This document shows, piece by piece, positions 24,135 through 36,668 of a DNA stretch of 64,000 nt (the first letter of the stretch is position 1; each line of letters opens with the position of its first letter). Source of the stretch: an uncultured Nitrososphaeraceae archaeon (GTDB taxonomy: Archaea > Thermoproteota > Nitrososphaeria > Nitrososphaerales > Nitrososphaeraceae). The notes under the pieces were generated by a model. It saw nothing but the letters and a program-made list of their open reading frames with translations, was not told where the DNA came from and ran no database searches. The position numbers and the translations under genes are program-made. The DNA is taken from contig CAWIMJ010000008.1 of assembly GCA_963837175.1 (NCBI GenBank), positions 32,001 to 96,000 of the forward strand. Direction: 5' to 3'.

Positions 24135-24384
24135 GATATTTTCTTTGTATTAATACTACCGCATTAATTTATTATCTTTAACAACTTGGAATTAGAATAA
24201 ATTTTTGTGTAACTTGATAATTGCACTTTAATTGATAAATTTATTTTGAATATTTATCTTTATTACAGTCATGATAAATATTGTTGTTGATAATACTCTT
24301 AATAATCATCGTTTTTTCTTATCAATCTATACATATATTCTTAAATAGCTTTAGTAAATAATTGCTTATTAATCATTATTTACA

Positions 24385-26088
24385 ATGCCAGATAAAAATA
24401 AGGAACAATTACCTTTTGACAAAAGTATTATAGTAACAAGTGCTTTGCCGTATGCTAACGGAGAAATCCATTTAGGCCATATTGCTTCAACTTATTTGCC
24501 GGCAGATATCTTTACCAGGTATTCTAGGCTTGCAGGTAGAGAAACTTATCATGTCTGCGCAACAGATGATTTTGGCACGCCTATCTTGATAAGAGCCGAA
24601 AAAGAAAACAAAAATCCCTTAGATTACGTTGAATTTTGGAATAGATCGGACTATGAGGATTTCAAGTCAATAGGAATTACTTTTGACTTTTTTTCCAAAA
24701 CGAGCTCGGAAGAAAATATCAAATTTGTTCAATATGTTTTCAAAAAAATATACGAAAATGGATATATTTATGAGAAAGAGATAACACAGTTTTACTGCCC
24801 CTATGACAAAAAATTTTTGCCAGATAGATATGTATTAGGAATATGTTCCGTCTGTGGAGCAGAAAATCAATATTCCGATCTATGTGAGAATTGTGGAAGC
24901 ATACCTGAGCAAATATTAGAGCCGAAATGTAGTATATGCGGCAAGAAACCTACTAAAAAAAATAGCAAACATTATTTTTTTAAATTATCCATTTTCTCAG
25001 AGAAATTAAAAATATGGCTAATAAACAACAAGAATCTGCAAGAAGATGTAAAGAAGTATGTCTTGAACTGGATCAAATCGGGCTTAGAGGATTGGGACAT
25101 TACAAGGGATTTATCATGGGGAATACCAATTCCTCTGCAGGAAGCCAAGGGAAAGGTATTTTATGGATGGTTTGACAACCATCTGTGTTATATTTCAACA
25201 TTTACAACATTTATACAAAAAAGTTATTCTCAGAGAAATGCTAAAGAAGTCTGGAACAACTCTGAAATCTATCATTTCATCGGTAAAGACATAGCCTATC
25301 ATCATTATCTCTTTCTCCCTGCCATACGTATGGCAATAAATTATGAATACAAACTTCCAGATTTCATACCGACTAGAGGACATCTAACACTTTACGACAG
25401 AAAAATTTCGAAGAGTCGAAATTGGTATATCGGATTAAAAGAATTTCTTGCAAAATTCGATCCTGATTATTTAAGGTTTTATCTTGCATCAATTACACCT
25501 TATTCACAGACAGATATGAATTTTGATTGGAGTGCTTTTGCTCAAAGTATAAATGATGAGCTCATTTCCAATATTGGTAATTTTATTAATAGAGCTCTGT
25601 CTTTCACACAAAAAACATATAATGGAATAGTTCCTGAGGCTTCAAAGTATGATCCAATAGACAAAGACACTATTTCAGAGATTGAAAAAATAGCAGATGA
25701 AGTAGGACTACTTTTACATCGTAATGAGCAAGATAAGGGACTTAAAAGGATCCTAGGATTTTCGACATATTTTAACCGATACTTTCAGAAAAAGCAGCCC
25801 TGGAATAAAAAGAACAATAATTCTTGCTCAACGTTATTTATTGCTGTAAATGCTGTACATTCCTTAGCGATCTTATTAGAGCCATTTATCCCATACTCTT
25901 CAGAAAGGATTTGGCAGCAGTTAGGAATGTCCGATAATGTACATGAACAGCCATGGAATCACGCATCACAACTTAAAATCGCTCCGGGGCACTTATTAGG
26001 AAAGATAGATCCTCTCTTCCACAAAATTGAAGAAAAAGAAATTATAAAAAGACAAATACACAATTTCAATGAAAAGCAGACATTATAA
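24385..26088 (+). CDS. metG: Methionine--tRNA ligase
   Basis: TSALPYANGEIHLGH (HIGH), DDFGTPI, zinc-knuckle CxxC pairs, DWDITRD..WG, FIGKDI, KISKS. Confidence 0.97.
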   Translation: MPDKNKEQLPFDKSIIVTSALPYANGEIHLGHIASTYLPADIFTRYSRLAGRETYHVCATDDFGTPILIRAEKENKNPLDYVEFWNRSDYEDFKSIGITFDFFSKTSSEENIKFVQYVFKKIYENGYIYEKEITQFYCPYDKKFLPDRYVLGICSVCGAENQYSDLCENCGSIPEQILEPKCSICGKKPTKKNSKHYFFKLSIFSEKLKIWLINNKNLQEDVKKYVLNWIKSGLEDWDITRDLSWGIPIPLQEAKGKVFYGWFDNHLCYISTFTTFIQKSYSQRNAKEVWNNSEIYHFIGKDIAYHHYLFLPAIRMAINYEYKLPDFIPTRGHLTLYDRKISKSRNWYIGLKEFLAKFDPDYLRFYLASITPYSQTDMNFDWSAFAQSINDELISNIGNFINRALSFTQKTYNGIVPEASKYDPIDKDTISEIEKIADEVGLLLHRNEQDKGLKRILGFSTYFNRYFQKKQPWNKKNNNSCSTLFIAVNAVHSLAILLEPFIPYSSERIWQQLGMSDNVHEQPWNHASQLKIAPGHLLGKIDPLFHKIEEKEIIKRQIHNFNEKQTL

Positions 26089-26596
26089 GAATATGTGTCT
26101 GCATTATTGATTTTGCATTCATAAAGTTGGTATCAATTTTTGAATCCAGAAAAAAATTATTATCCACTACAGTTTAACATATTTATCTAATTGTACTCTA
26201 TTATAATCTCAAGGGGTTCATTATTTAATTTCTTATCTATTGATTGGTTTTTAATTTTTATATTAAGATATTATTATATTTATTTTAAATAAATATTAGA
26301 ATACACAGTGCGAGATATGTTTAGAATGATCTTATTTTTCATAACTGCATGACTTTCAGTTACTTCAGTCGCTTCTCTTACAATTCTTATCCGAAATCGA
26401 ATATGCATAAATAAAATTCTATAAGGCGAGGCGATTATCTATGTAATATATTTCATCAACTGCTTGATATATCAAAAAGAAAGTAGCATAGTCCCTGCCA
26501 TAATAAATTGACAACCTTAACCATATTGCTTGTTTACGTATATATTATGTAAAGAGTATAAATTTCACGAATACTACTAATCTCTGTATTTATTAC

Positions 26597-26749
26597 ATGA
26601 AAAGTGAGTATAGACCAGTTAATATAGACTTTGAACTATGGAAAAAAGCTGAGGTCCTTGCAATTAATAAGGGTATTACTATAACTGAATTTATTGAAGA
26701 GGCAATTAGGGAAAAGATAGAAAAGGAAAAAGCTCAAATTCAAACATAG
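26597..26749 (+). CDS. Ribbon-helix-helix (CopG/Arc-like) microprotein (50 aa)
   Basis: MKSEYRPVNIDFELWKKAEVLAINKGITITEFIEEAIREKIEKEKAQIQT*. Confidence 0.75.
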   Translation: MKSEYRPVNIDFELWKKAEVLAINKGITITEFIEEAIREKIEKEKAQIQT

Positions 26750-26795
26750 TGCGTTCGAACATTTCTTTGCTTCCTCTCTTTGAACTTTTAGCCAT

Positions 26796-27332
26796 TTATT
26801 CATGTATTATTAGAACAGGTTTTCTAATACTATTATCTATTACTCCTTTAGTTGTACTGCCAAGAAGTCTTATCGAAGAAGAAATTCTGCTGCTTGCCAT
26901 AACTATTAGATCGTAACTATTTTCTTCTGCTATACTGACTATTTCATCAACGGGTTTACCTGCCTCTATCTTGTATGAAATTTGCTTTATTTTCGATTGT
27001 TCTTTACATATCTTTATTCTCTCTTCCAGTATTTTTCTTATCCCCGCTTCTACCATACTTTTCATCTCTTCCTTCGCTTTTTCCAATGGTCTTTCAGGTG
27101 CTATAAATGCAAGGAGCGTACTTGGAGGAATGTCTCTAGCAAATTCAATTGCATGGACCATCTTAATATGCGCTCCAGTTATTTTTGATATGTACACTGC
27201 ATGTGCAAGAGCTTTATCTAACATCTGTGAGGTGTCGTGTGGAACAAGTACTTTCTGATATCGAAGTTTATCTGATGTTAACCTTAATAGTGAAGAAAAA
27301 TCACCAGTGTTTATTGTTGTTGTCCCCGACAT
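26796..27332 (-). CDS. Universal stress protein (UspA family)
   Basis: YQKVLVPHD.S, GKPVDEIV, DLIVMASS...LGSTT. Confidence 0.9.
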   Translation of the reverse strand: MSGTTTINTGDFSSLLRLTSDKLRYQKVLVPHDTSQMLDKALAHAVYISKITGAHIKMVHAIEFARDIPPSTLLAFIAPERPLEKAKEEMKSMVEAGIRKILEERIKICKEQSKIKQISYKIEAGKPVDEIVSIAEENSYDLIVMASSRISSSIRLLGSTTKGVIDNSIRKPVLIIHE

Positions 27333-28118
27333 GATATTATATACTAATCACAACATTTTATTTAATACCACAAAATTAAAAGTTAGCAATTCTTACAATT
27401 TTGTATTAACTAGGCTAATTGTTTAGCTATATTTATCGTTGATATAACTCAAATAGGTTTTTTATTCTTGTTTTTGATAAGTCGGACCAAGGTTTCAAAA
27501 TCCTCTATACTAATTGCTTCATTTTAATCTGTGTTATCTTTTTCAATTCCAATGTTTTGCATGTAGTAGTTACCTTCTATAATCTGATAACATTTCAAAA
27601 TATCCATCGTCGTTCACGTTGACAATGATTGGCTATAGGAGTCACTATTCTTTTTAAATCAACGGGTTCTGTGATATATATGAATAAAGTTCAGTCTAAG
27701 TCGATTTCCCAAATTAGTATTGGCCGTATTGATTTTTTTGGTAATAGAAAAAAATGTGTATAGGAAGGAGACATCTTTGAGTCGCGTCATAAATGAAAAT
27801 AAATTATTTATAAATGAGCACATAATGCAAGGATTTGTAACCAGAATGAAATGGTGCATAGGAAGAGTAGTAGAACAATAATCTTGGATAACTCAATTTA
27901 ACGACTTATTTATGGAAACTTTAGTTAATTATCTTCGATATATTAAAAAAACCAAAGACATTCTTGGGACTATCACAAAGTGATTTCTTTCTGGAATTAC
28001 AACGCAATCTGTGCAGATAGTACGTAATAGAAGATAGACATTAGCATTGGATCAAGAACTGTTTACCATCGAACATTTGGTATTTATATTATCAATTTAG
28101 ATGGTTGTTCTATAGCCT

Positions 28119-28994
28119 TTATTCATGTATAACAAGCACAGGTTTCTTAACGGTGCGTATTACCTTTCTAGTGGTACTTCCAAGAACTCTTACTGAGGAA
28201 GTAATTTTGCTGCTTGCCATTACCACTAAATCAATATTCATCTCTTCTGACAGCTTAACTATTTCATCGAGTGGTTTGCCCGTTTGTATTTTATAAAATA
28301 CTTGACTTTTCACTCCTGCTTCTTTGCAGAATTTCATCTTCTCTTCTATCATTCGTTTAACTCCCCCTTCCATAGTAATTTCTACGTCTGTGTTTGCTTT
28401 GTCAAGCTCGCCTCCCTCACCTCCTTTCATAGTGGCTAGGACCGCAGAGGAATCTGTACCTTCAATGCTATCAAGTACATTTAGAATAATAATGTCAGCA
28501 TCTGATAGCTTTGATAAATAAATAGCATGACTCAAAGCTCTGTCAGATATCTCTGAGCCATCATGAGGTATCAATATCCTTTTGTATTTAGGAATAACAT
28601 CATGACTTTGTCGTGATAGAAAAGCAGAAGTTGCGGAGGCTGGTTGTTGATGCTCTTTCATGGATTGTAATGGTTGAGATTGTTCTGTCTCTATCGACTT
28701 TAGTTCTAGATCTTTCTCCTGCTTTTTCTTCTCCTCAAATGACGAAGGTTGTTGCCGATGTCCTCCAATAGATCCTTCTTCCACATCTGATACTACCTCT
28801 TCTCCAGTGGCAGATTGGAATTCGGTACCTTCTGACATGTTATCATCTGACGTTTTTTTGCCCTCTTCTGATAACAATCCCTTAAAATTCTTCTTTTCGA
28901 AATCTCCTTTGGATGGTGAAGATGCGGTCATTTCATCTTTCTCTTCAGTTAATGGTTGCTTTATCTTCTTTTGAAACCAGTTTTTTAAACCCAC
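28119..28994 (-). CDS. Universal stress protein with long disordered N-terminal extension
   Basis: YKRILIPHDGSEISDRAL, GKPLDEIV, LGSTTRKV..KPVLVI; about 130 aa of charged low-complexity N-terminus. Confidence 0.9.
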   Translation of the reverse strand: MGLKNWFQKKIKQPLTEEKDEMTASSPSKGDFEKKNFKGLLSEEGKKTSDDNMSEGTEFQSATGEEVVSDVEEGSIGGHRQQPSSFEEKKKQEKDLELKSIETEQSQPLQSMKEHQQPASATSAFLSRQSHDVIPKYKRILIPHDGSEISDRALSHAIYLSKLSDADIIILNVLDSIEGTDSSAVLATMKGGEGGELDKANTDVEITMEGGVKRMIEEKMKFCKEAGVKSQVFYKIQTGKPLDEIVKLSEEMNIDLVVMASSKITSSVRVLGSTTRKVIRTVKKPVLVIHE

Positions 28995-30006
28995 AATTCT
29001 ATATATAGCAGAGCCTACTATTAGAATTATGTTTATTCTGAAGCATCATTGTTAACAGAAAGTAAATTTTATGTGCATTTGCTCCTTATTTAAAGTCGAT
29101 GTCTAGTTTAAATGATCTAGGCTTTTGAATATCATTATTTTATCTAAATGTTATAAGATATTTAAGAGAACATAGAAAATTCTCCTGGCTTGGTGGAATA
29201 TAAAAGACAGATTTACCTCAATAATTCACCAAGTTCCAGTATGACCGATACTTGTACAGCAAGCAAGGGCACAGGATATGGACTTTAGTTACGAACAAGG
29301 GAAAGAGAATAGATGTAGTGGCGATGTTTTTTTTACTAACACAACAACAATAACATTTAGTCCATGATTAGAAGCCTAAAACATAAACAGTTCTTACTGC
29401 TGCAATCCATGTTTTTTCTTCATTAAACCAAAATAAGCATATTATATTAATATATATAGATAAATAAAATCACTCATAATCTAATGGTATTTCAATATTA
29501 GTTAACATATGATGTTTGTACATAATCTAGACGTGTTCGCCGATCCTATGATATTATATATATTATATGACAAGATCTGAATTAAATCATCTTAAAATCC
29601 ATTAACAGTTTATCGTTACGCCATCTCATTTCTCAGACATGTACATATATATTTATCGCATTACAAAGAAAGGAAAGCTTGACTAAAAGGAAATATAATG
29701 TTTTAGATAAATGAAGCTAACTGCAATATCGAGTAATGCATATTGCATAAGAAACTATTACTAGTGCTATTGAATCAATTAGCAATATTGCCTTTACTAT
29801 TATGAAAACTTACTTCTTTTTATTTCAATAAATCGATTCTTTTATTCTTCAGTTCTACTACTACCATTATAGATTGAGTTTTATGATAAAGTGAAATATC
29901 CATTTTTCTTTAAATATGATACAAATTATGTTTATCAAATAAATAGATATTAAAGATAGATTCGGATTCTAGGTTGCTTTGTATTGCTACCAATATAAAG
30001 GATAAA

Positions 30007-30387
30007 TCACTCATTTTTTCTTTTCATCAATCCATTGATATATCCTGTCTCAAGCATTAAAAGTGAATATAAGATATTTGCTATATGTGTCTGTATTATT
30101 GATTGTACTGCCTGATTATCCTCTTGTGTATTTGTCTCAGTAGTATATTCGACTTCTGTAGTAATATTTCCAGATATTTTTAATCGGATTGTTTCGATAA
30201 TTTCAATCTGGTTCCCTTGAATAATAGTTCTGAAGGTCAGCTTTCTGTTTGTCCTGTCGACTACCAGCGTTTTTGTAACTCCAATAAAGAATTCAGGAAA
30301 GAGCTTTTCTAAACGTGTATCTTTAAGAGCAAGGTAGATTGTGTTAGATGGAACACGTAAGGTTATAGTTTTTGAAATTACAGACAT
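30007..30387 (-). CDS. Hypothetical protein, possibly SRPBCC/START-like
   Basis: ISKTITLRVP..IY.AL.D opening resembles SRPBCC proteins. Confidence 0.55.
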   Translation of the reverse strand: MSVISKTITLRVPSNTIYLALKDTRLEKLFPEFFIGVTKTLVVDRTNRKLTFRTIIQGNQIEIIETIRLKISGNITTEVEYTTETNTQEDNQAVQSIIQTHIANILYSLLMLETGYINGLMKRKNE

Positions 30388-31447
30388 CGTAGCTGATAGT
30401 ACAATTATTTTGCTTCTATATTTTTCGTAGAAGAAGGATTCACATATACACTTCTATCATACTTTAAATGAACGCTCTACTCATCAACTTCTATAATACA
30501 GATTTATACTATTGATTATTTTGCGACTAGTTTATATATTTTGGTCAGTGTTATTTGCATTTTCTCATCTATCTTGGTGTCTTTGTTTATGTCACATCAG
30601 ACACTTTTTGTTCCTTTATCATGACTTTTGAAAATATTCTTGGTTTATCGCGGGTTAAACCTTTGGTTTGTCAAATATAATAAAAAATACTCATTGTGTT
30701 TATTAACATTATCAGCATCCACTAGTTTCCTTATATTTGTAATTGTCACAAGTCTTTTTCCTGCAGATAGAGGGGCTATTATCAGCCAGTTCCGTGTTTG
30801 GCCTTTCCCTTCTATCACAATAATAGCCTTCGGTGAACGGAACAGAAACCCGGGCCATCATTTTGCAGGTGTAAATATAATCTAGTCTTTTTATATAAAC
30901 AATACCCAAGCCTGTACTTGACATATATTAATCATGACCAATAATAATCCTTACCAGCTATTCTAAGGGTTGTTTTTACTACAAATACTTCCCTAACCAA
31001 CCGCCTATCCACTTTGATTCATCAGCATATCCTTAATATAACAGGTTAAATTTCCGTGCTAATCCTATTGTAGTAGTTGATTTTATTAGTTTTTTATCAG
31101 GTCCAGAGCGAAATTTCATCTCCTTGTAATAAATGATATAGGTATGAAACACAGTATTGGCATTTAGAAATCCGGTATAATATTATAACAAATAGATCTT
31201 CAAATCCTAGATGCTGCTTTTTGTGGTCAATATTCGAGTGTGACGGACCAGATGCATCAAATCTTGACAGGAATAACTGAAAAAAACATGTAATAATAAA
31301 AAATCAATCACTAATTATCACCAACAGGAGCAAGCAAAACCCTCTTCTTTCAAAATCATGCTTGTAGAAGAATAACAAGAGAGACTCAACTTAAAATTTT
31401 CTCCAAGCAATCAAATAATTAATATTGAAAGAGGAATAATAGGAGAT

Positions 31448-32125
31448 ATGAACCAAAGCAAAATACTGATTAGCAGCCCAGTTCTTACGGGTATATTAAT
31501 AGCGATAATATCTGTGATACTTGCTGGCAGTATTTCTAAAAATATCGACAACGCTTTTATCAAAATTGCATCAGCTGAGATTCAAAGCGAAAAAGTTACT
31601 GCATCAATAAATGGCTATATCAAAGGAGCACATATCTACAGCGCTCAATTTAAAACTGATAAGGCTGAATTCAAAAGAGCTCCAGACTTTACAGAAATTA
31701 CAGGATATATAAATACAGACCCAGTAAAACTTGGAGATTTAAATGGAAAAGTTGTACTTGTTCATTTTTGGACTTATACATGTGAAAATTGTATTCATAT
31801 GATTCCATATCTGAATAAATGGCAACAAAACTATGCGGACAAAGGTTTAATCATTATAGGAATACATACTCCAGAGTTTGAATTTGAGAAAAATACAAAT
31901 AATGTCAAACAAGCTGTAAAAGAATATCAGATAGAGTATCCAGTACTTCAGGATAACAACTATGCAACATGGAAAGCTTATCAAAATAGATACTGGCCAA
32001 GGGATTATCTTATTGATACTCAAGGTTTTATAAGATACGACCACATTGGTGAAGGAAATTATGATGAAACAGAAAAAGCAATCCAGTCACTGCTAGCGGA
32101 AGGAACTGCACAGGGAAGCAGTTAA
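31448..32125 (+). CDS. Exported redoxin / DipZ-like thioredoxin-fold protein
   Basis: GKVVLVHFWTYTCENC, GIHTPEFEFE, NRYWP..YLID, GEGNY. Confidence 0.9.
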   Translation: MNQSKILISSPVLTGILIAIISVILAGSISKNIDNAFIKIASAEIQSEKVTASINGYIKGAHIYSAQFKTDKAEFKRAPDFTEITGYINTDPVKLGDLNGKVVLVHFWTYTCENCIHMIPYLNKWQQNYADKGLIIIGIHTPEFEFEKNTNNVKQAVKEYQIEYPVLQDNNYATWKAYQNRYWPRDYLIDTQGFIRYDHIGEGNYDETEKAIQSLLAEGTAQGSS

Positions 32126-32786
32126 TGATTTTATAGTAAATCCAAAATGGGTATGAACCTTTTTTGATAGCAGTGTATTATGCTTTTAGAAATACTGCCT
32201 GCTACTAGCCCCTATTCAGTAGTACAAGTGAATGAAACGAAAGTTAGATGCTTTTAAAGTTAGAACAAAAGACTGAATTGATATTTTAACAGTTATGATA
32301 AAGAGAGTCTTCATAGCAAGTAACAAAAGCATTCCAAAATTCTATGTACCTATTCTAATATGAATTCGTTTGTCTAAACAGATATATTTTGTTTTGTAAT
32401 AACTGTAGTTTTGTATTATTGTCTAAACTATGAATTAATAGTACGTGTTATCGATTAATATTTTGTTTAATAATTTACATGAGATAACTACATGATGTTA
32501 TTTATTGAATTGATTTCTTTTATATTTTGAGTTATCTTAATATCGCCAATTACCATGATTAGATCCATTTGAAGTATGACAATAGTACGAAGCATAATAT
32601 GATTGCTGTCACATGTTGAAATTGTTCTCACACACGTACTGATGAACAGCATTTTACCTATTACTGTAAATCATGTACAAGTCCTGTGTTTCAAAAATTA
32701 TTTATCATGCTAACTGTTGTCAATAAATCATTTTCTTTTGTTATATTCATATTATCTTTCTCTCTAAAACCTATTTTCCTTCTATG

Positions 32787-33423
32787 CTATGCCTTATATC
32801 CTATCAACAAAGCCATCTCAAGCCATTTCCAATAGCAATCCACATCTACAAATCCTAGATCTCTAAGCCAACCTAGTTGTGTTTCCATAGGCAGTAGCCT
32901 ATTAGCTTTATCCTCTTTCTGAGGCGTATAACCGATGGCATTTAGAAAGCTAACATGAAGTTCTACAGAAGGCGATGCTACATGTTCAAGATTACAAAAG
33001 ACGCCTGTTGGATTAAGTATATCATAAATTTCCTCATAAAGCGAACGCTTACGCTCATGTTTTAAGTGGTGAATGGCAAAACTTGATACAATAGCATCAA
33101 AATAGTCTAGATCTGGTAATGGCAAGCTAAGATCGTGTTCTATAATCTTAACCTTTGAATCATTAGCAAAGTGATCTTTGGCAGCTTTTAGCATGGTTGG
33201 AGATACATCTAAGGCTACTGCTTCTATGTCTGGTCTATCTGTCTTTATCAATTTTATTAGTCGTCCATCTCCTGTACCAAGATCTAGTATTCGATTTGCA
33301 TCTTTAGGAATATGATCAATTAAAACAGCTTCGCCTTCTGTACGATGTGGAAGATTATCGGCTACATTTAGATATGCCAAAGCATTTTGGGTATTAGACC
33401 ATTCCTTTGCAGATCGGCTCATT
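32787..33423 (-). CDS. Class I SAM-dependent methyltransferase
   Basis: RILDLGTGDG, ALDVSPTML, FDAIVSSFAIHHL; likely start MSRSAKEW, 5' coordinate approximate. Confidence 0.9.
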
Positions 33424-33489
33424 GTGATTATGTACAAATAATAATAACTTATTTTGTTGTTCAAATACTTTTCTTACTTCTTAATATGG

Positions 33490-34132
33490 ATTCCTTCTTT
33501 TCTGAGCAAAGATGGTCATAATGTGGATACTCCAACTCTTACTTGCCTAGGTGAAAGAAGTCATCTGGTATCCAGAAATATTGGATTGGATACTCATATC
33601 CTTGACATAACTCAAGTATTAGAATACGAAGATCTCAATGAAGTAATTTTAGTTGGCCATAGTTATGGGGATTAGTTATTGGAGGAGCAGCAGAGACAAT
33701 TCCTGATAGAATTAGACCGCTTGTTTATCTTGATGCATACATACCACAAGACAACAAAAGTGCATTCGACTTAGTATCATGTTTAGAAACCATTTACAAG
33801 GAAAGAGCATTAAAAGAGCCGGGCAAGGAATGGCTGGTTGCGTCATACACACCAGAAGAATTTAGCGTGACTAATCGTGTTGATATTAACTGGATGAATA
33901 CTAGATTATCTCCTGTGACATGGGATACTCATGACCAATCAATAAGAATAACTAATCCCAAAGCCAAAAGAATACCTAAAGGTTACATCTATAGCACCGA
34001 ATCCGGAGATTCTCAATTTAAGGCTTAAAAGTCACCAACAGATTGAATTATCATGAATTAGCGAAAGGACATGATGCAATGGTTACATTTCCAAATGAAT
34101 TGGCTCAATTAATGCTGACAATGATCAAATAA
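33490..34132 (+). pseudogene. Alpha/beta hydrolase (esterase) remnant
   Basis: TPTL.CLGER, ILVGHSYG/frameshift/LVIGGAAE..PDRI..LVYLDA, then GHDAMV; 5' end lost, stop codons present. Confidence 0.8.
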
Positions 34133-34348
34133 TAATAGTAATAATAGTACTAGTTTTTTTATATGTGAGTGTCTCTGTGGTGGAATTTTTTTCAGCGTAT
34201 GACATTGTCATATAGTTGGTCATATAGTTACATTGAAAAATTTGACCCCCTAGAGAGAGCAAAAATTATTTGTGCTCCTACAAATTCATAAAGAGGTCAG
34301 ACATATATTAGATTTTAAGAAACAAGAGCAGCAGCTCCTATCTTATTC

Positions 34349-34769
34349 TTATTTCCACTCCCACGCTTTAGACGAGCAATTTCCCATCTCATCGACCTCA
34401 TATTCAAAGACTCCAACAAGATTATTTAGAAAGGATAGTTTTCCATTTTTTGAGTTTGTACCTGAAGAACAGCAATCCACGAAAGCTTATTTTTCCTGGG
34501 CTACTAAACCTGCCTATTCCTTGACCAGTCCAAGTTGCCATCTCTTGACCATCTTTAGTAGTTACTACTCCTTGTCCTTTCCCATACATAACTCATCCTT
34601 CTTCTCATTGTCTTAGTAAAGACGAGTAAGTTCCAATATTAGTACCCTCTGTTCCTTTGTATTTTCCATCCGTTACAAAAGAACTTTCTATCTTAGGTCC
34701 CTCATCATCCAGAACTCTTTGGCCTGTTATCTTGCCTTTATCTTCTATAATTAATTCTCCTAATGCCAT
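34349..34769 (-). pseudogene. Conserved beta-barrel-like hypothetical protein, disrupted
   Basis: MALGELIIEDKGKITGQRVL...YG.GQGVVTT.DG.EMATWTGQGIG...LNNLVGVFEYEVD.GN...WEWK* with two TGA stops and a frameshift. Confidence 0.75.
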
Positions 34770-35370
34770 AATTATCTCAGTATGGTAGCGGAAGAACCTA
34801 TACTTAAGGAAACACGGATCAGAAATTCATGTAGTTAGCCAACTAGTGTGAATCATCATTAAGAGATATATGCTTCTATCTTCTTGAATTTATAAATATT
34901 GTTTTTTTCATAGATAGATCCATAAAGAAGATTAGAAGATATGTGATCTCTGCTTACAACATAGACTTCGGATATAGAACTAGAAGCCATTTAGTGGTGG
35001 AGCATTTACTTCTAGAAAACAGTTTATAAGACATAGAACTGATATCTGAACTGTTTTCAACTGTATTCCTTCAGATACTCTAGGTGCCTCTGAAAAAGTA
35101 AGAAAGACAGAATCTTAGGAAATAACGAAATATTGATGTACATGAACAGAGTTCATACTCTTAAAAATTGTATATATATTATCCACGACTATTAGTCGTT
35201 TGTGTGGATATCTCTGACTAAAATTTTAAAGAATACGAAAAGATATAATCATGTATGACTCAAGATATTGTGAAAGTTTCGAGAGACTTTGTTGTTGTAT
35301 AAGCGACTGATAGATTTGCTAACTATCTCTTGCATTATTAATATATATTATTGCATGTACGACTAAAAGA

Positions 35371-35961
35371 ATGCAAGTAGAAGACAAGACAAACATAGTA
35401 TTATCCAAACCAATATTGTATGTTCCTAAAATAATATTCTTAACAAAAGGCAAAGGCTTACATAAAGACTACCTTACAAGCTTCGAATTAGCCTTGCGGG
35501 ATGCAGAAATAGCTGATCTAAATCTAGTCTCTGTATCTAGTATAAAACCACCACAATGCAAAATAGTTTCTAGACGAGAAGGCAGAAAATATTTAATACC
35601 TGGAGAAATTGTTTTTACTATTTTAGCTCGTTCCTCTACTAATGAACCAAACAGGCTGATCGCTGCTTCTATTGGTCTTGCTAGACCCGCTGATGATACA
35701 CAACATGGTTATCTATCTGAACATCATTCAACAGGTGAAACAGCACAAAAGGCTGGAGATCATGCCGAAGATATGGCTATGGAAATGCTTGCTACAACGC
35801 TAGGTTTACCAAATGATCCTACTCTTACTTGGGATCAAAGGGAAGAACAATGGAAGCTTTCAGGTAAGATTTACAAGACTCAAAATATTACTCAATCTGC
35901 AGAAGGAAATAAAGATGGTCTATGGACGACTGTAATAAGCGCTGCTATCCTGATACTATAG
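35371..35961 (+). CDS. pdaD: Pyruvoyl-dependent arginine decarboxylase
   Basis: SFELALRDA.I..LNLVSVSSI.PP (Ser-Ser self-cleavage site), GYLSEHH, WTTV. Confidence 0.92.
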   Translation: MQVEDKTNIVLSKPILYVPKIIFLTKGKGLHKDYLTSFELALRDAEIADLNLVSVSSIKPPQCKIVSRREGRKYLIPGEIVFTILARSSTNEPNRLIAASIGLARPADDTQHGYLSEHHSTGETAQKAGDHAEDMAMEMLATTLGLPNDPTLTWDQREEQWKLSGKIYKTQNITQSAEGNKDGLWTTVISAAILIL

Positions 35962-36030
35962 AAGGTAGATACGACAATAAACAGTTAAAGGTGAACATAC
36001 ATATCAATTTTTTGTTCCATCGTAATTTAG

Positions 36031-36519
36031 ATGTTAATGAAGTTATGGATAGTTCTATGCAAGACTTCTATTAATTCTTACAAAGATAACGGGTGTCAAC
36101 GAGAATCATACAACGAATTCAACGAGTTGAGAATTAGTAAAGGTTTATCAGTAGACTCTGAAGAGTTTCAAAGCTGGATTGCTGGAGATCAGGAGTTCAA
36201 ATATTGGAAGATAAAACCTGTCGTTGTTCCAAACGAGGATTATAATCATGAGAATCCGGAGGCCAATATGAAGACAGAAATAGTTAAAGATAAAAAGTCA
36301 AAGCAGCCCAAGTTAGATGAATCTGGCAAGGTTAAAACTATACAGGTTCAGGCAGTTACAGAGGAACGGGAGAAGGTATACACATGCTTGCATATTGGTA
36401 GTAAGATTAGAGGCTATGAAATAGATCAAGCAAAATATATAACAGAAATGGTTAGGGCATCGGCAGCCATGCTAAAGACTTTAGGCATTAATGTGGTAAA
36501 TGACATTAAAGACGATTGA
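36031..36519 (+). CDS. Hypothetical protein (possibly a 5'-truncated mobile or viral gene)
   Basis: 162 aa charged ORF, no recognisable motif. Confidence 0.5.
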   Translation: MLMKLWIVLCKTSINSYKDNGCQRESYNEFNELRISKGLSVDSEEFQSWIAGDQEFKYWKIKPVVVPNEDYNHENPEANMKTEIVKDKKSKQPKLDESGKVKTIQVQAVTEEREKVYTCLHIGSKIRGYEIDQAKYITEMVRASAAMLKTLGINVVNDIKDD

Positions 36520-36668
36520 TATAGGTGTAGAATAAAAAAGAAGAAAGACGGTAAAGAAATTATAGTAGATTTGATTGATTGATTAATTGATTAATTAATC
36601 AATATTTGATTGAATTGGAAACACTGAAAAATTGTAAAACGCAATACCTTTTGAATTAAATTAAGAAA

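Noticed and set aside
32599-32720. Possible small zinc-finger ORF (TC*NC...CKSC)
   Set aside because: Stop codon inside the first CxxC, and too short to support
34590-34610. Two in-frame TGA codons as selenocysteine
   Set aside because: Not at Cys-like positions, and the gene also has a frameshift; ordinary decay
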